NCBI GenBank assembly: GCA_032718475.1
Contig: JAUCBJ010006533.1
Location: forward strand, 1-41,443
Reading direction: 5' to 3'
DNA length: 41,443 bases
Origin: Nemertoderma westbladi
Taxonomy: Eukaryota > Animalia > Xenacoelomorpha
Shown here: positions 11,240-24,500 of the stretch, one piece after another
How the letters are laid out: the number at the start of each line of letters is the position of its first letter
Position numbering within the stretch: the first letter of the stretch is position 1
Position numbers and translations under genes: made by a program
The notes under the pieces: model-generated
The model's database searches: none
Seen by the model: the letters and a program-made list of their open reading frames with translations, nothing else
What the model was told of the DNA's origin: nothing

Positions 11240-12064
11240 CACAGCACAGTATCCGTAAGGTACGTGATTGACGATGTGATGCCCAATTATTTGCCTAACC
11301 TGTAACTGAATCACATCAATTCATGTGCAGTATACTCATCCTCCCACAGAAACACCGCCCTCCTCACTTATATCTCAATCCTCCCTGGGGCTACACTCCC
11401 GACTGTTTAACCAACCCTGATCTTCGACCATCACCTCACCCGTCAGTCTGGTGTTCAAGGTGGCAGATTGCAGCACTCCATCGGCAGCCTGAGCCTGAGC
11501 CCCACCTATATGCCCCATGCTGTCTGTGGTCTCCGTGGAGAACGGTCACTTTGACCCTGATTACTTCCACCCTGGTCACTTCCACCCATACGCCAGTTAA
11601 ATAACAGCTGCAAACTTATCATACTAACTAATAACAACCGGCTATTACGGTGTTGAAATACACGCGTATTTCAGTAATGAGGCTGTATGACGTAATTAAC
11701 AGTCGTATAATAATTAATTAACCGTCTGTTTAAATTACAAGTACTGTATTTGTGAGGTTTGATCAAGTAAAAGACCTACCGTTGCAAAATATTATTTCAC
11801 AGAATTAGAGGTTGAAGTCAAAATAATTCATTTGGTTACAAAAAATTGAATTCTATTTTTTTACTTTTTCTAAATCAGAATTTTTTGGTAATTCTGAAAC
11901 TGTAAACGAAATTTTTATATCTATTTTAGTTTTGGAGTTATTTGATTTTTTGTAGACCTCACTCATTTTGAAATTATTATACAGTAAATAAGTGGCCAAT
12001 TATTTGTAAGATAGCTACGTACGTAGTATTACTTTTTCAAAATACTATAACTGCATTTGTCCAA

Positions 12065-12670
12065 CAGGATAATTTTTGCTATGAGTTTTCCTGTTCAGTG
12101 ATTTCATTTCAATTGTTACTTTCCACGGCTGACGGATCATAGACTGTCGATCAGTCTGTTTGTATGTTTGTCTGTGTGTCGGTTTGTCTGTCAAAAATTA
12201 GGGAATCATGATATCTAACAAAATGTTTTGCTTTTGGGTGAAATGAAATCACCGACCGAGAAAACCCCATAATTGTTTGTTAATTTGAGATATTTCTCAA
12301 TTTTGACAGACAAACAGACAGACAGACAGAACGTCTAGATTTCTTCAAACTGAAAAAGTGAAATTTGAACTTTAATTACCACCCAGTGACATTTTAAATG
12401 TTATCACCACCTAGAAAAACCCTATAAGACAAATTTTGAGTAGTTTGTGCGCTTCTTAAATTTGAACAGACAGACAGACATACCAAAAACAGACAGACTG
12501 ACTGACATGCAGACAGTCGTCTAAAATCGGTAAATAGTGCAAACCGACATCGTATTTGAAATCATCGGCAAATAAAACCCAATAGCAAAAAAATGTAGGT
12601 GGTGGTGCTTTATTTATTTATTTGTTACATTTTTGACAGACAAACAGACAAGTATTCAGAAAAACTGACA
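12065..12670. mobile_element. Second foldback/MITE-like element related to 6780-7300
   Basis: TTTTTGCTATGAGTTTTCCTG..TGATTTCATTTC (~12073) with inverted copies at ~12240, ~12400 and ~12547, separated by GACAGACAGACA tracts. Confidence 0.55.
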
Positions 12671-12929
12671 GAGTGAACTCCAATAGAAATAAAAATTAAA
12701 AAATATTGTCGCCAAAGGTCCATACACTGATGTGTATCAGAATTCTGACGTATATACCTAATTTTTTACAAGTCTGCTTTGAAATATCGTAAACGTTTAC
12801 ATTTGAAAATCCCCCCAATTACAGAAAATTGGCGGGAACGCTTGAAACTCTCATAACTTGAAAGGCGTTTTTCTCAAAACTTTGTTAATATTTGGTCATA
12901 AGACTACTAATTTTCAAAACTCAATATCT

Positions 12930-14480
12930 CGACAACACTTTATCGAATTTGAGTACACAAGCAGTACACGAGGCCCTTTACCACCTAAAATCGAGTAAGA
13001 TGGACGTAAATTGTTTATTTGATTCTGACGCTTTAATTACTGGTGGTGATATTCTAGAAAAACATATTGCAGCTCTGTTTTTTGGTGCATGGAATTATTT
13101 CCCGATGTTTTTTATCTGTAGCTTTTGTACCTATTGTAAAAAATTAATTAGGTGACATCAGTGCAATTAACAACTATAGGGGTATCGCAATCGCCTCATC
13201 GTTATTAAAGGTCTTTGAATGGGCTATGCTTATTTCAGAAGGGGATAAGATAAATTAAAGTTGGATGACCTGCAGTTTGGTTTTCGTAAAAATAGTAGTA
13301 CGATGCAATGTACATGGGCGGCTAAGGAGGTGATTAGTTATTACTCTAGAACTAACTCACCCGTGTACGGTTGTCTATTGGATTTCACTAAGGCTTTTGA
13401 TCTTGTGGAATGGTCTAAATTGTTTCTAGAATTATTAAAGAAATGTTTTTTTCTGTTTTCTCTAAGGTGCTTACTGCTTATTTATCGTGTTCAGGTAGAA
13501 TAACTCATGTTCAGTGAAATTTAATGTTCGTAATGGAGTTAGACAAGGCTCTATAGTTTCACCTGTGCTTTTCTGTATAGTGTTAAATATTTTAATAAAT
13601 AGACTAAAAATATCTAAGGTTGGTTGTTATATAGGCTCCCATTATTTTGGATGTTTAGCGTATATGCCAATGATGTTTTATTGCTACAGTATATCCGTCT
13701 GTAATAGGTCTACAATTTATGGTGAATGTGTTATTTTTTGTAAAGAGTTTAACTTACGTTTAGGTACGGACAGTAATCAAGTTAAGTGCAAATATAAATG
13801 TATCCCTTTTCAGTTTGACTGGAACCCCCCTGATTGTAGAATTACTGTAAATGATATTGTTTTACCATGGGTGCAACAGGCGACACATTTAGGGGTTACG
13901 TTAGATTACAAGTGTTTAATAAATAGTGATGTACTTCGTAAGAGAGCGGAATTTATTTCCAAATTAGCTAAACTCAGACAAAAATTTAATTTTGCTACTC
14001 CTAGTATTTTATGTAATATTCAAAGATTATATACAACTCCTTTCTACGGTAGTCCCGTCTGGAAACTTTCTTCTTTTAGTGTTAATAAAATATAAACTGC
14101 GTGGAACATTAATGTTAGGCGTATTTGGAACTTACCTTATAATATAGTCAGCGTTATTCATCGTAGAAGGATTGGTGAATTTTCTACATCCTAAAGTTAT
14201 GTTATGGAGCCGTTTAGTAGTAGGCTTTCCGTTGGGGGTAATGAACTCTAGTAAACTATGTGTCCGTTTTCTAAGTAGGTTATTATTTCATGATTGTAGA
14301 AGAACAATTGGTAATAATCTTAGGTTAATAAGCAATGAATGCGGTATACCAATAAACAAGCTGAATCCAGGTATTGTAAAAAAATAATACATTATGCACC
14401 AGCTCCTGTTGATAGTGTTATAGCGATAAATTGAGGAGGAGTTATTAAAAGGAGTTATCCAACATTCTTATTAATGAGTA
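12930..14480 (+). mobile_element. Decayed non-LTR retrotransposon reverse transcriptase region, probably RTE-X clade
   Basis: RT motifs across frameshifted ORFs: NYRGIAI (~13170), LQFGFRKNSST, LLDFTKAFDLV, NGVRQGSIVSPVLF, GCLAY/ANDVLL (YADD-like, broken by a TA duplication at ~13661), HLG, FYGSPVW. Clade assignment is from recalled motif style, not a search. Confidence 0.8.
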
Positions 14481-14585
14481 TGTAGTACCGGGATTCAGTT
14501 GTGTCACGTGCTTAGAACTGGTTACTCCTTTCGTTACTGTATTACTTTCTTCTGTTTGTATTCAATTTAATACATTTAGTTTTAG

Positions 14586-14821
14586 TGTCCATGTCCATGT
14601 CCATGTCCATGTCCATGTCCATGTCCATGTCCATGTCCATGTCCATGTCCATGTCCATGTCCATGTCCATGTCCATGTCCATGTCCATGTCCATGTCCAT
14701 GTCCATGTCCATGTCCATGTCCATGTCCATGTCCATGTCCATGTCCGTTGTCCATGTCCATGTCCATGTCCATGTCCATGTCCATGTCCATGTCCATGTC
14801 CATGTCCATGTCCATGTCCAT
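14586..14821. repeat. (GTCCAT)n hexanucleotide microsatellite, ~39 copies, one interruption at ~14747
   Basis: Directly visible; the MSMS/MDMD/HVHV/GHGH ORFs are its translations. Confidence 0.98.
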
Positions 14822-15569
14822 TATTGTACTTCTTCTTTTTTGTGTTTTTATTTTGTTGTTGTACGTACGCTGTACCGAGCCTCGGCTCGTCTTTGTTAAT
14901 AATAATAATTATAGTAACCTACTCCTTTCCGTAAATTCGAAACATAGTTTCGTTTTTTGTATTGGTTAGGGGACACTGACACGTTCGTGGGCGCTTCGGG
15001 CAGCACGAAGCTCAGTTATGAAACATAAAATAAAATTGAGTGATAAAATCTGTATTTGAGAAAAATATGAACAGTTGTTCTCTAAATAAATTACTGATAT
15101 TTACAATTCAACGATATTTAAGTTTTGATGATGAATATCTGACAGTTAACATGGTAACCGGGTTTTAATAATTATCGTATTCCATGATTGTCAATTATAT
15201 TTAGGTTATTTAAAGTTGAGTAGTCCTTTTCGTTAGAAATATTTGAAATTTTAGGACTTCCAGCTGACAATGTAAAACATTATTTTAACGAAGTTCTAAC
15301 AATCCGGTTTTGGCAGATTTTGGATATTATGATTAGAATAACATTAGTACGCGGAAAAGTTTAACTTAAATTCTATTGCAATCTGTCAGAGGTTGAGCTT
15401 TATTTTAACTGGTCTATTGCGTAAGATTGTGGGGCGAAGGAAGTAAGCGAGGTTAGCATGGGATTAGGATTACCTCTTGTTCAACCGTTGTATGTCGATC
15501 GGTCTGTACTGTCTGTCGGTATATTTATCTCGACAGAGAGACTCTGTCTGCCTGTCTGCCTGTCTGACA

Positions 15570-17089
15570 GTTGACTTCACACCTGCTGAACTCCAAAGAA
15601 GCATTAAAAGCATGCCAATCGTAAAGCGAGTGGATTAGATAAAATCCATGCAAAGGTATGGAAAACCGGAGTGCTAAACAGACCATTATTGGATATTTGC
15701 AACCGGATGCTGAATGGGGAAAAGCCACCACCAATTTGGACTAAAGGTCAACTAAAGCCTTTCCCAGGAAATGCTTCCGGTATACCAACAAACTATCGTG
15801 GGATCTGTCTGCTTGTGGTAGCTGCCCAAATATACAATAAAATGATTCTAAATAGGATTAGGCCTCACATAGAAAAACTCCTGCGTAAGAGCCAAACGGA
15901 TTTCGACCAAGTAGATCAACAATAGCTCAGATACTTGCACTACGGAGACTGATTGAAGGGATTAAGTCAAAGAATCTCCCCGCAGTCATGACTTTTGTGG
16001 ACTTCAAGAAGGCATTCGACTCTATCAATAGAGGTAAAATGCTGGTTATCCTAAGAGCTTATGGAATACCAGAAATAATTGTCGCTAGCATTGTATTGTT
16101 ATATTGTGACACAGAAGCGCAGGTACTCTCATCAGATGGTGAAACTGAGTTCTTCTCAATCCTTGCTGGAGTACTGCAAGGTGACACATTAGCACCATTA
16201 CTATTTGTAATTATGCTGGATTACGCAATGAGGACGGCCACAAAGGGTGAAGATCTGGGATTCACACTTCAAGAACGCAGTAGTAGATATCCGGACACAC
16301 AGATTACAGACAGTAGATATTCAGACACCGACTTTGCGAATGACATCGCCCTGCTCTCTAATACGCTAGCAGATGCACAGCTTCTACTAAATAAAGTGGA
16401 GAGGGTTGCTAAGGAGGTTGGATTACATATAAATGCTACAAAGACCGAATTCATGACTTTTAATGTTGATGGAAACTTGACAACCATTGATAATAATCAA
16501 CTAAGAAAGGTCGACGACTTCCAGTACCTTGGATCATGGATAGAGAGTAGCAAAAAGGACATAGAAGTTAGGAAAGCAAAGGCTTGGGCAGCTCTATCAA
16601 GAATGGATACCATCTGGAAATCAGATCTCCCCAGGCACCTGAAGACTAAGTTCTTTCGTGCCACAGTGGAAAGTGTATTTTTATACGGGGGTGAGACCCG
16701 CGGACACTGACTAAATCACTTGAACAACGAATTGATGGTTGCTACAAAAGACTACTAAGGGCATCCCTAAACATCAGCTGGAGACAACACATGACAAACG
16801 CCGAGCTCTATGGTACTATACCAATACCACCTGTATCAACCACCCTCCGTGAACGTAGTTTAAGATTCAGTGGGCACTGCAGGAGAAGTAAAGACGAGGT
16901 CATACCAGATCTACTATTCTGGCTACCAACACATGGAAAGCACATATAGAACAACTTTAAAGGGATACTCAACTTGAGACATACGAAATTGCGACAACTA
17001 TGTAGAATCGGGAAGCCTGGAAAAATCTCATTTCCACTATGTCCGAGATCGCTCATCGCTCGACGTATAATAGTAGTATAGTAGTAGTA
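15570..17089 (+). mobile_element. 5'-truncated RTE-clade non-LTR retrotransposon with frameshifts and a (TAG)n-like tail
   Basis: TNYRGICLL..YNKMILNRI, FVDFKKAFDSINR, GVLQGDTLAPLLF, DFANDIALLS (FADD motif), FQYLGSWI, FFRATVESVFLYG; ends in TAATAGTAGTATAGTAGTAGTA. The endonuclease domain is absent. Confidence 0.9.
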
Positions 17090-18229
17090 TCTCTCTATCT
17101 GTCGGAAAATGCTTGGTACATGGTACATGTAGTCTGTCGTAAGTCGTAAGTGAAATTGAATTTGCGTGTGGGGACTTAGCAACTCGCCAGGTTATTTTGC
17201 TATGTTCTGTGTCTGTAGGGAAATTAGATAACGTACTCAGAACGTCTGTACCAGGTTATTTAGGCCAAAAATTGAATTGCTGGTTTCTTTTGATTTCAAT
17301 AAACCAAAAGCAAATTAAACGAATCTGGATTGAATCATAAAACGTATGAGTGAATAAAATACACTATATTTTCTACAATAAATCAATGTGTATAAAATAG
17401 AACGATAAAATTCTAATATATATAGAATAATAAATATATCTGGCGTTGTAGGCAAAATATAATAATTTCATATTCAATGCACTGAAAAGTTGAATACAAT
17501 TTGGCGAAGTAATAATGTATCATAAATACTGCCCTAAAGAGAATTTGAATAATCTAGTTGAATATTACAATTATTGACGAATAGAGTTGAGTTTTAATAT
17601 GTGTATAAATTTACCGCGTTTGTAGAATACTTACAGTTCTTAAAATTCAAGTCGTTTACTCATTGACATCACTGGTAGGCATGAGTATTGAGTACATCAT
17701 ACATGGTTTGGTGTATTATATGTTATGTTATGTTATATGTTATTGTTATTGTTATTGTTTCTTCCATTTAATAACACTGCCTAGCAAATGATGACTGGAA
17801 AAGCGCCTATAAAACATTATATGCCTAATATAACAGTTATAAAGTAGTTCCATGATTTCACATCATCAGCTCCCATCTATATCCTCCACTACAATGTAAT
17901 TAATTGCGTTGTTTTCTTGCCTATTAGACCCCTGTCTATCACCCGACGTAAGATGGGTGGTCCCAACTGTGAAAGCGGGGGCCAGGAAATAGTGAATAAT
18001 TCATTAGCTGATTTCTTAGAGACATTGCCCTCAAGCTAACTAACTGGAGGGCCACTCCGGGAGAACCAAACAAAGTGTCTAAGCTTGGCCTCCCTAACCT
18101 TTAAGTGGCTGTATATTGATTGACAGATCGATACAACAGACGCAGTTTAAGACGATTTTGGCCCCTCGCTGTTGTGTCATTAGGGATAACTGTTTTATGT
18201 GCAATAAAGCTAGATAGGAAAAGGCCTCG

Positions 18230-18640
18230 AAAACGATTGGCCAATGGTTATCCGAGAGCTATCCAAATCGTAAATATCCAACCAATCAGCTCTTTGTATC
18301 ACATGTTAGGTAAATGATGTTAGTTTAGAGTTGTGTCAGTCCACGGTAATTTTGGCAAGTATAAAATTGGAAACAATGAATGAGATCCATTGTTAGTAGC
18401 TTGATAGACAGACTGAAAGAGACCTCTTATTCTATTACATGCCTCCGAGGGATCGGGGCTTTGCGTTCAGTGGCTCCCTGTCGTTGCCAGTTAGGTACTG
18501 TGTCTCTCCCTATTTCTAACAAAGTATCCTTTGAGCGCCTCTCAGCTGCTCCAGAGCTCTGCCTCCGGCTTAATAATGGAAGGGAGTTGCCTTTCTCTCA
18601 TTGGTTAAACAATTCTTTATAACAGGCAACAAGAAGAACA
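18230..18640 (+). promoter_or_regulatory. Candidate proximal promoter of the Vax gene
   Basis: CCAAT boxes (palindromic ATTGGCCAAT 18236-18245, CCAAT 18282, ATTGG ~18600), TATAAAA 18360-18366 and several Sox-type AACAAT/CATTGTT motifs within 600 bp of the ATG. Motif-based only. Confidence 0.35.
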
Positions 18641-18794
18641 ATTCACATCGCATACTTTTCTCAACGAGTTTAATCTAACTTTGTTTGCTTAACTAACCCG
18701 AGATAATCATTTTCAGACGTATTTTATTTCGGACCATTATATTTATTTTATCCAATTCACGTTGTTAGGTGTTAATTACAAACTATAATTCCAA

Positions 18795-19731
18795 ATGGTT
18801 GTAACGCAAACCCTTATGTCTGACGCAAATAACAGACCGAGTCCAAATGAAAATTTCCTCCTGACAGCGAGAAGCGGTTTCCCCAGACACTCCGAATTCG
18901 CGCCCGTCAGTAACTTCTCAATAACAGACCTTCTGCAGTGTCAACAACAACTACAACATTCCCCGGCGACTGCAATGCCTCCTGCGTATAACAATCGACC
19001 TTACCAATCGTTCAACCACTCTCCAAACGCACTACTTCACCAATACCGACAGGGACTGCCGTTATTGCCGCCGCAAAATTTACCCCCTATCCACGGAAAC
19101 ACATTCCTCCCCAAGGTGGCGCAAAATCGCGCCACATACCAGCCACACCAGCTACAAGCATTCAATGCGAGAATGGCTTTCCCTGCCTCCACAATAGACA
19201 GCGTTTCCATGGAACCTCCAAATAAATACCTTAGACACGACCCTTCCTTTTACCAAGGAGATAACACGTTGCTATACCAACCGCCGCGTCTACCAAACAA
19301 CACTATTACGTCACCCACAACGAAGCATTACGAAACACCACAACCTAAGGAAACTGAAAGATTTATCGATAATCTGAAACCGAACAAACCGGTATCGTGT
19401 GATGGATACCAGACTAGTGGCGGTGTGACAACCTACAACCCCAGTTTGTTGCTAGGGAGTGTAAATATGCCCGTGACAACGGATTCCGTGCAGGACTATT
19501 CATCGCAACTCAATAACAATGTTGAGCAAAATAAATTAGATAAAGATGCGAACATAAAGACCACGAAAGTTCGTGTCAACTTCCCGTCTGAAACGGCGTC
19601 GACAAACTCCACCGATGTGACCGTCGATTGTGACGGAAGTGACGTCAGTGATCTGGTCGCAGACGATCAGATTAGCCCTACAGATAGCGCTCCAGGGGAG
19701 ATTAAAGAACCTAGACGTATAAAAATTACAG
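18795..19731 (+). CDS. vax: Vax homeobox protein, coding exon 1 (long P/Q/N-rich N-terminus with eh1-like motif)
   Basis: ATG in AAATGG context, open frame to donor ACAG|GTAAGA (phase 1); ends in PRRIKIT, which joins exon 2 as [28 protein letters not shown], matching the Vax-specific pre-homeodomain motif (vertebrate [28 protein letters not shown]). The start codon could be the second Met. Confidence 0.85.
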
Positions 19732-20449
19732 GTAAGATATTCCTACTAAAAGTTGTACTAAACCGAGTTTAATAAAGCGACATTGTACTTGCTATGTTTT
19801 GTTTACACGCTATGTTTGTCTAGAAAGTTTACCCCTATCCTAAAACTGCTCTTTTATTATCTTATAAAGTGCCATAAAGTATACACACTATAAAGTATAT
19901 ATATATATAGAGTATATATATAGATTAATTAAAGTTTATATATTAATGAATATCATTAATTAAAACCATTGACCATCTTTGATATTTAAGAATGTTACAA
20001 TTTTTCTTGATTTTTCTGAATTTTTCATTAATTGAATCAAAACTACTGTAAAAATTTACAAATGTATTTGTTATTTGTAAGACTTACTATATGGAGTGAT
20101 GTGGTTTATTTGTTCACATGAGTTTATGGAGACTTTTTAAGACTTTTATGGAGACTTTCTTAGACTTTTTAAGACTTTTCTTTTGTATTGTTTGGTAGAG
20201 TAAATTGTTGCCTTTACTTACTATTTGCACTTCCAGATTCCAGGACAATTAGGCCTAATAATACCACTAAGCCGTTTTTATATTTATTATTAATTGTTTA
20301 CTCCAATAATTGAGATCTCAATGTTCGTTTCATCGGTATAAATGCATCAATAATTCTAAATTGTTTGGAATTTTTCTTCACCTTATATGTGTATTGTGTA
20401 TTTTATCAAGCACACATTTTATACATTTGCATATTTTTTAACTAGAGGG

Positions 20450-21566
20450 AGCCCAACGGCTCCTCAGACAAGCATAGCCACAGACAGGCATCTGGCTGTT
20501 ATCTTTGTTGACTTCTTCAAGGCCTTTGATTCAGTCTCTCGCTCACGTATGTTCAGCATACTTTCATTATATGGGATTCCTGATGAAATAATTGCAGCAA
20601 TCATATCAGTATGCGATGGTTCGAAAACATTTGTTTCTACTGTTGATAGTGACACAGAACCATTTGAAGTATTATGGGGAGTCCTCCAAGAAGGAGACAC
20701 ACTTGCGCTATTCTTGTTCATAATTGTGGTTGACTATGTTCTACGCATGTCCTTAGATCATCATAATGATGATGGAGTGATGGTAACTCCACCTACTGGC
20801 TCTAGAAGTCGAGGAAATCCTGCCAAGTACCTAACTGATCTAGATTTTGCTGAATTTTTGAAAATTTTTGACAGTTAACTTTGAAAGTCCTCAGCAAGTC
20901 TCTGACCGGATGAGCATAAGCTCAAAGGATGGTATGCTTGAGCATGTGGAACGACTTCTGTTTCCTGCGTTCATGGATCCGGAAGTCAGATGAGGACCTT
21001 CGAATACGTAAGGGAAAGGCATGGGCAGTCTTGAATAGGCTTTCCAGGATTTGGAAGTCACCGAGAATTAATCGGAAACTTAAGGTCCGATTATTTAGAG
21101 CAGTAGTAGTTCCAGTACTCTTCTCCGGGAGTCCATGCTGGGCTCTAACTGCTGAGGACACCAAATCTTTGGATGGCACATTCACAAGAATGCTACGCCG
21201 GGTTCATTGTGTCAAGTACAATGCACACATCTCCAACCAGACACTATATAACATTGCGGGTGTCTCATTACTTCCCCAAGCTTGACACTAGAACAAAGTC
21301 GCCTCCGCTTTGCAGGACATTGCTTTCGCCGTGAGGACCAGCCAGTGCATAATCTCGTGCTTTGGCAGCCTCATGGAATGAATAATCATGGTGGACAGCC
21401 CATGACTTTCTTGAGACGCATCTTAAAGGACACTGGCCTTGAAGATGTGGATGATCTAGCAACTGTCATGGGTGATAGGGAGTTGTGGCGGCGCAATTTC
21501 GTCGACAAGACGGCACAGCATTCTTAAAAATGCAGCTGCAATGCAGCATGCCGATCCTAAGTAGTA
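20450..21566 (+). mobile_element. Decayed RTE-clade non-LTR retrotransposon in Vax intron 1 (internal deletion after the DFA motif)
   Basis: FVDFFKAFDSVSR, GVLQEGDTLALFLF, LTDLDFA, LKVRLFRAVVVPVLF, RLRFAGHCFRR, DRELWRR; ends CCGATCCTAAGTAGTA. Confidence 0.9.
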
Positions 21567-24500
21567 TCTACCTAACCGAGGTCTACCTACCTACCTACCT
21601 AACCGAGGTCTACCTACCTACTTAACCAAGGTCTACCTACCTACCTAACCAAGGTCTACCTACCTACCTAACCGAGGTCTACCTACCTACCTAACCGAGG
21701 TCTATCTATCTACCTAACCGAGGTCTATCTATCTACCTAACCGAGGTATACCTACCTACCTAACCGAGGTCTACCTACCTACCTACCTAACAGAGGTCTA
21801 CTTACCTACCCACTTAACCAAGGTCTACATATCTATCTAACCGAGGTCTACCTACCTACCTAACCGAGGTCTACCTACCTACCTAACCGAGGTCTACCTA
21901 CCTACCTAACCGAGGTCTACCTACCTACCTACCTAACCGAGGTATACTTACCTACCCACTTAACCAAGGTCTACATATCTATCTAACCGAGGTCTACCTA
22001 CCTACCTAACCGAGGTCTACCTACCTACCTAACCGAGGTCTATCTATCTACCTAACCGAGGTCTATCTATCTACCTAACCGAGGTATACCTACCTACCTA
22101 ACCGAGGTCTACCTACCTACCTACCTAACCGAGGTCTACTTACCTACCCACTTAACCAAGGTCTACATATCTATCTAACCGAGGTCTACCTACCTACCTA
22201 ACCGAGGTCTACCTACCTACCTAACCGAGGTCTACTTACCTACCCACTTAACCAAGGTCTACATATCTATCTAACCGAGGTCTACCTACCTACCTAACCG
22301 AGGTCTACCTACCTACCTACCTAACCGAGGTCTACTTACCTACCCACTTAACCAAGGTCTACATATCTATCTAACCGAGGTCTACCTACCTACCTAACCG
22401 AGGTCTACCTACCTACCTAACCGAGGTCTACCTACCTACCTAACCGAGGTCTATCTATCTACCTAACCGAGGTCTATCTATCTACCTAACCGAGGTATAC
22501 CTACCTACCTAACCGAGGTCTACCTAACTACCTAACCAAGGTCTACCTACCTACCTAACCAAGGTCTACCTACCTACCTAACCGAGGTCTACCTACCTAC
22601 CTAACCAAGGTCTACATATCTATCTAACCGAGGTCTACCTACCTACCTAACCGAGGTCTACCTACCTACCTAACCGAGGTCTACCTACCTACCTAACCGA
22701 GGTCTATCTATCTACCTAACCGAGGTCTATCTATCTACCTAACCGAGGTATACCTACCTACCTAACCGAGGTCTACCTAACTACCTAACCAAGGTCTACC
22801 TACCTACCTAACCAAGGTCTACCTACCTACCTAACCGAGGTCTACCTACCCACTTAACCAAGGTCTACATATCTATCTAACCGAGGTCTACCTACCTACC
22901 TAACCGAGGTCTACCTACCTACCTAACCGAGGTCTACCTACCTACCTAACCGAGGTCTATCTATCTACCTAACCGAGGTCTATCTATCTACCTAACCGAG
23001 GTATACCTACCTACCTAACCGAGGTCTACCTAACTACCTAACCAAGGTCTACCTACCTACCTAACCAAGGTCTACCTACCTACCTAACCGAGGTCTACCT
23101 ACCTACCTAACCGATGTCTACCTACCTACCTAACCGAGGTCTATACCTACCTACCTAACCAAGGTCGGTCTACCTACCTACCTAACCAAGGTCTACCTAC
23201 CTACCTAACCGATGTCTACCTACCTACCTAACCGAGGTCTACCTACCTACCTAACCGAGGTCTACTTACCTAACTGAGGTCTACCTACCTACCTACCTAA
23301 CCGAGGTCTACCTACCTACTTAACCAAGGTCTACCTACCTACCTAACCGAGGTCTATCTATCTACCTAACCGAGGTCTATCTATCTACCTAACCGAGGTA
23401 TACCTACCTACCTACCTAACCGAGGTCTACCTACCTACTTAACCAAGGTCTACCTACCTACCTAACCGAGGTCTATCTATCTACCTAACCGAGGTCTATC
23501 TATCTACCTAACCGAGGTATACCTACCTACCTAACCGAGGTCTACCTAACTACCTAACCAAGGTCTACCTACCTACCTAACCGATGTCTACCTACCTACC
23601 TACCTAACCGAGGTCTACCTACCTACTTAACCAAGGTCTACCTACCTACCTAACCGAGGTCTATCTATCTACCTAACCGAGGTCTATCTATCTACCTAAC
23701 CGAGGTATACCTACCTACCTAACCGAGGTCTACCTAACTACCTAACCAAGGTCTACCTACCTACCTAACCGATGTCTACCTACCTACCTAACCGAGGTCT
23801 ACCTACCTACCTAACCGAGGTCTACTTACCTAACTGAGGTCTACCTACCTACCTAACCGATGTCTACCTACCTACCTAACCGATGTCTACCTACCTACCT
23901 AACCGAGGTCTACCTACCTACCTAACCGAGGTCTACCTAACTACCTAACCAAGGTCTACCTACCTACCTAACCGATGTCTACCTACCTACCTAACCGAGG
24001 TCTACCTACCTACCTAACCGAGGTCTACCTACCTAACCGAGGTCTACCTACCTACCTAACCGAGGTCTACCATCTACCTAACCGAGGTCTACCTACCTAC
24101 CTAACCGATGTCTACCTATCTACATAACCGAAGTCTATCTACCTACTTAACCAAGGTCAACCTACCTACCTAACCGATGTCTACCTATCTACCCAACCGA
24201 AGTCTACCTATCTACCTAACCGAAGTCTATCTACCTACTTAACCAAGGTCTACCTACCTACCTAACCGAAGTCTACCTACCTATCTAACCGAAGTCTACC
24301 TACCTACCTAACCAAGGTCTACCTACCTACCTAACCGATGTCTACCTATCTACCTAACCAAGGTCTACCTACCTACCTAACCGAGGTCTACCTTCCTACC
24401 TAACCGATGTCTACCTATCTACCTAACCGAAGTCTATCTACCTACTTAACCAAGGTCTACCTACCTACCTAACCGAGGTCTACCTACCTACCTAACCGAG

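Noticed and set aside
11323-11604. 93-aa ORF in a C-rich patch, faintly like a LINE C-terminal zinc-knuckle remnant
   Set aside because: No intact motif; cannot be supported as a gene or an element without a search.
14542-14969. Poly-MD, MS, GH and HV ORFs resembling metal-binding His-rich proteins
   Set aside because: Direct translations of the (GTCCAT)n microsatellite.
18120-18622. Two short ORFs upstream of Vax
   Set aside because: No recognisable homology or splice support; likely promoter or 5' UTR sequence.
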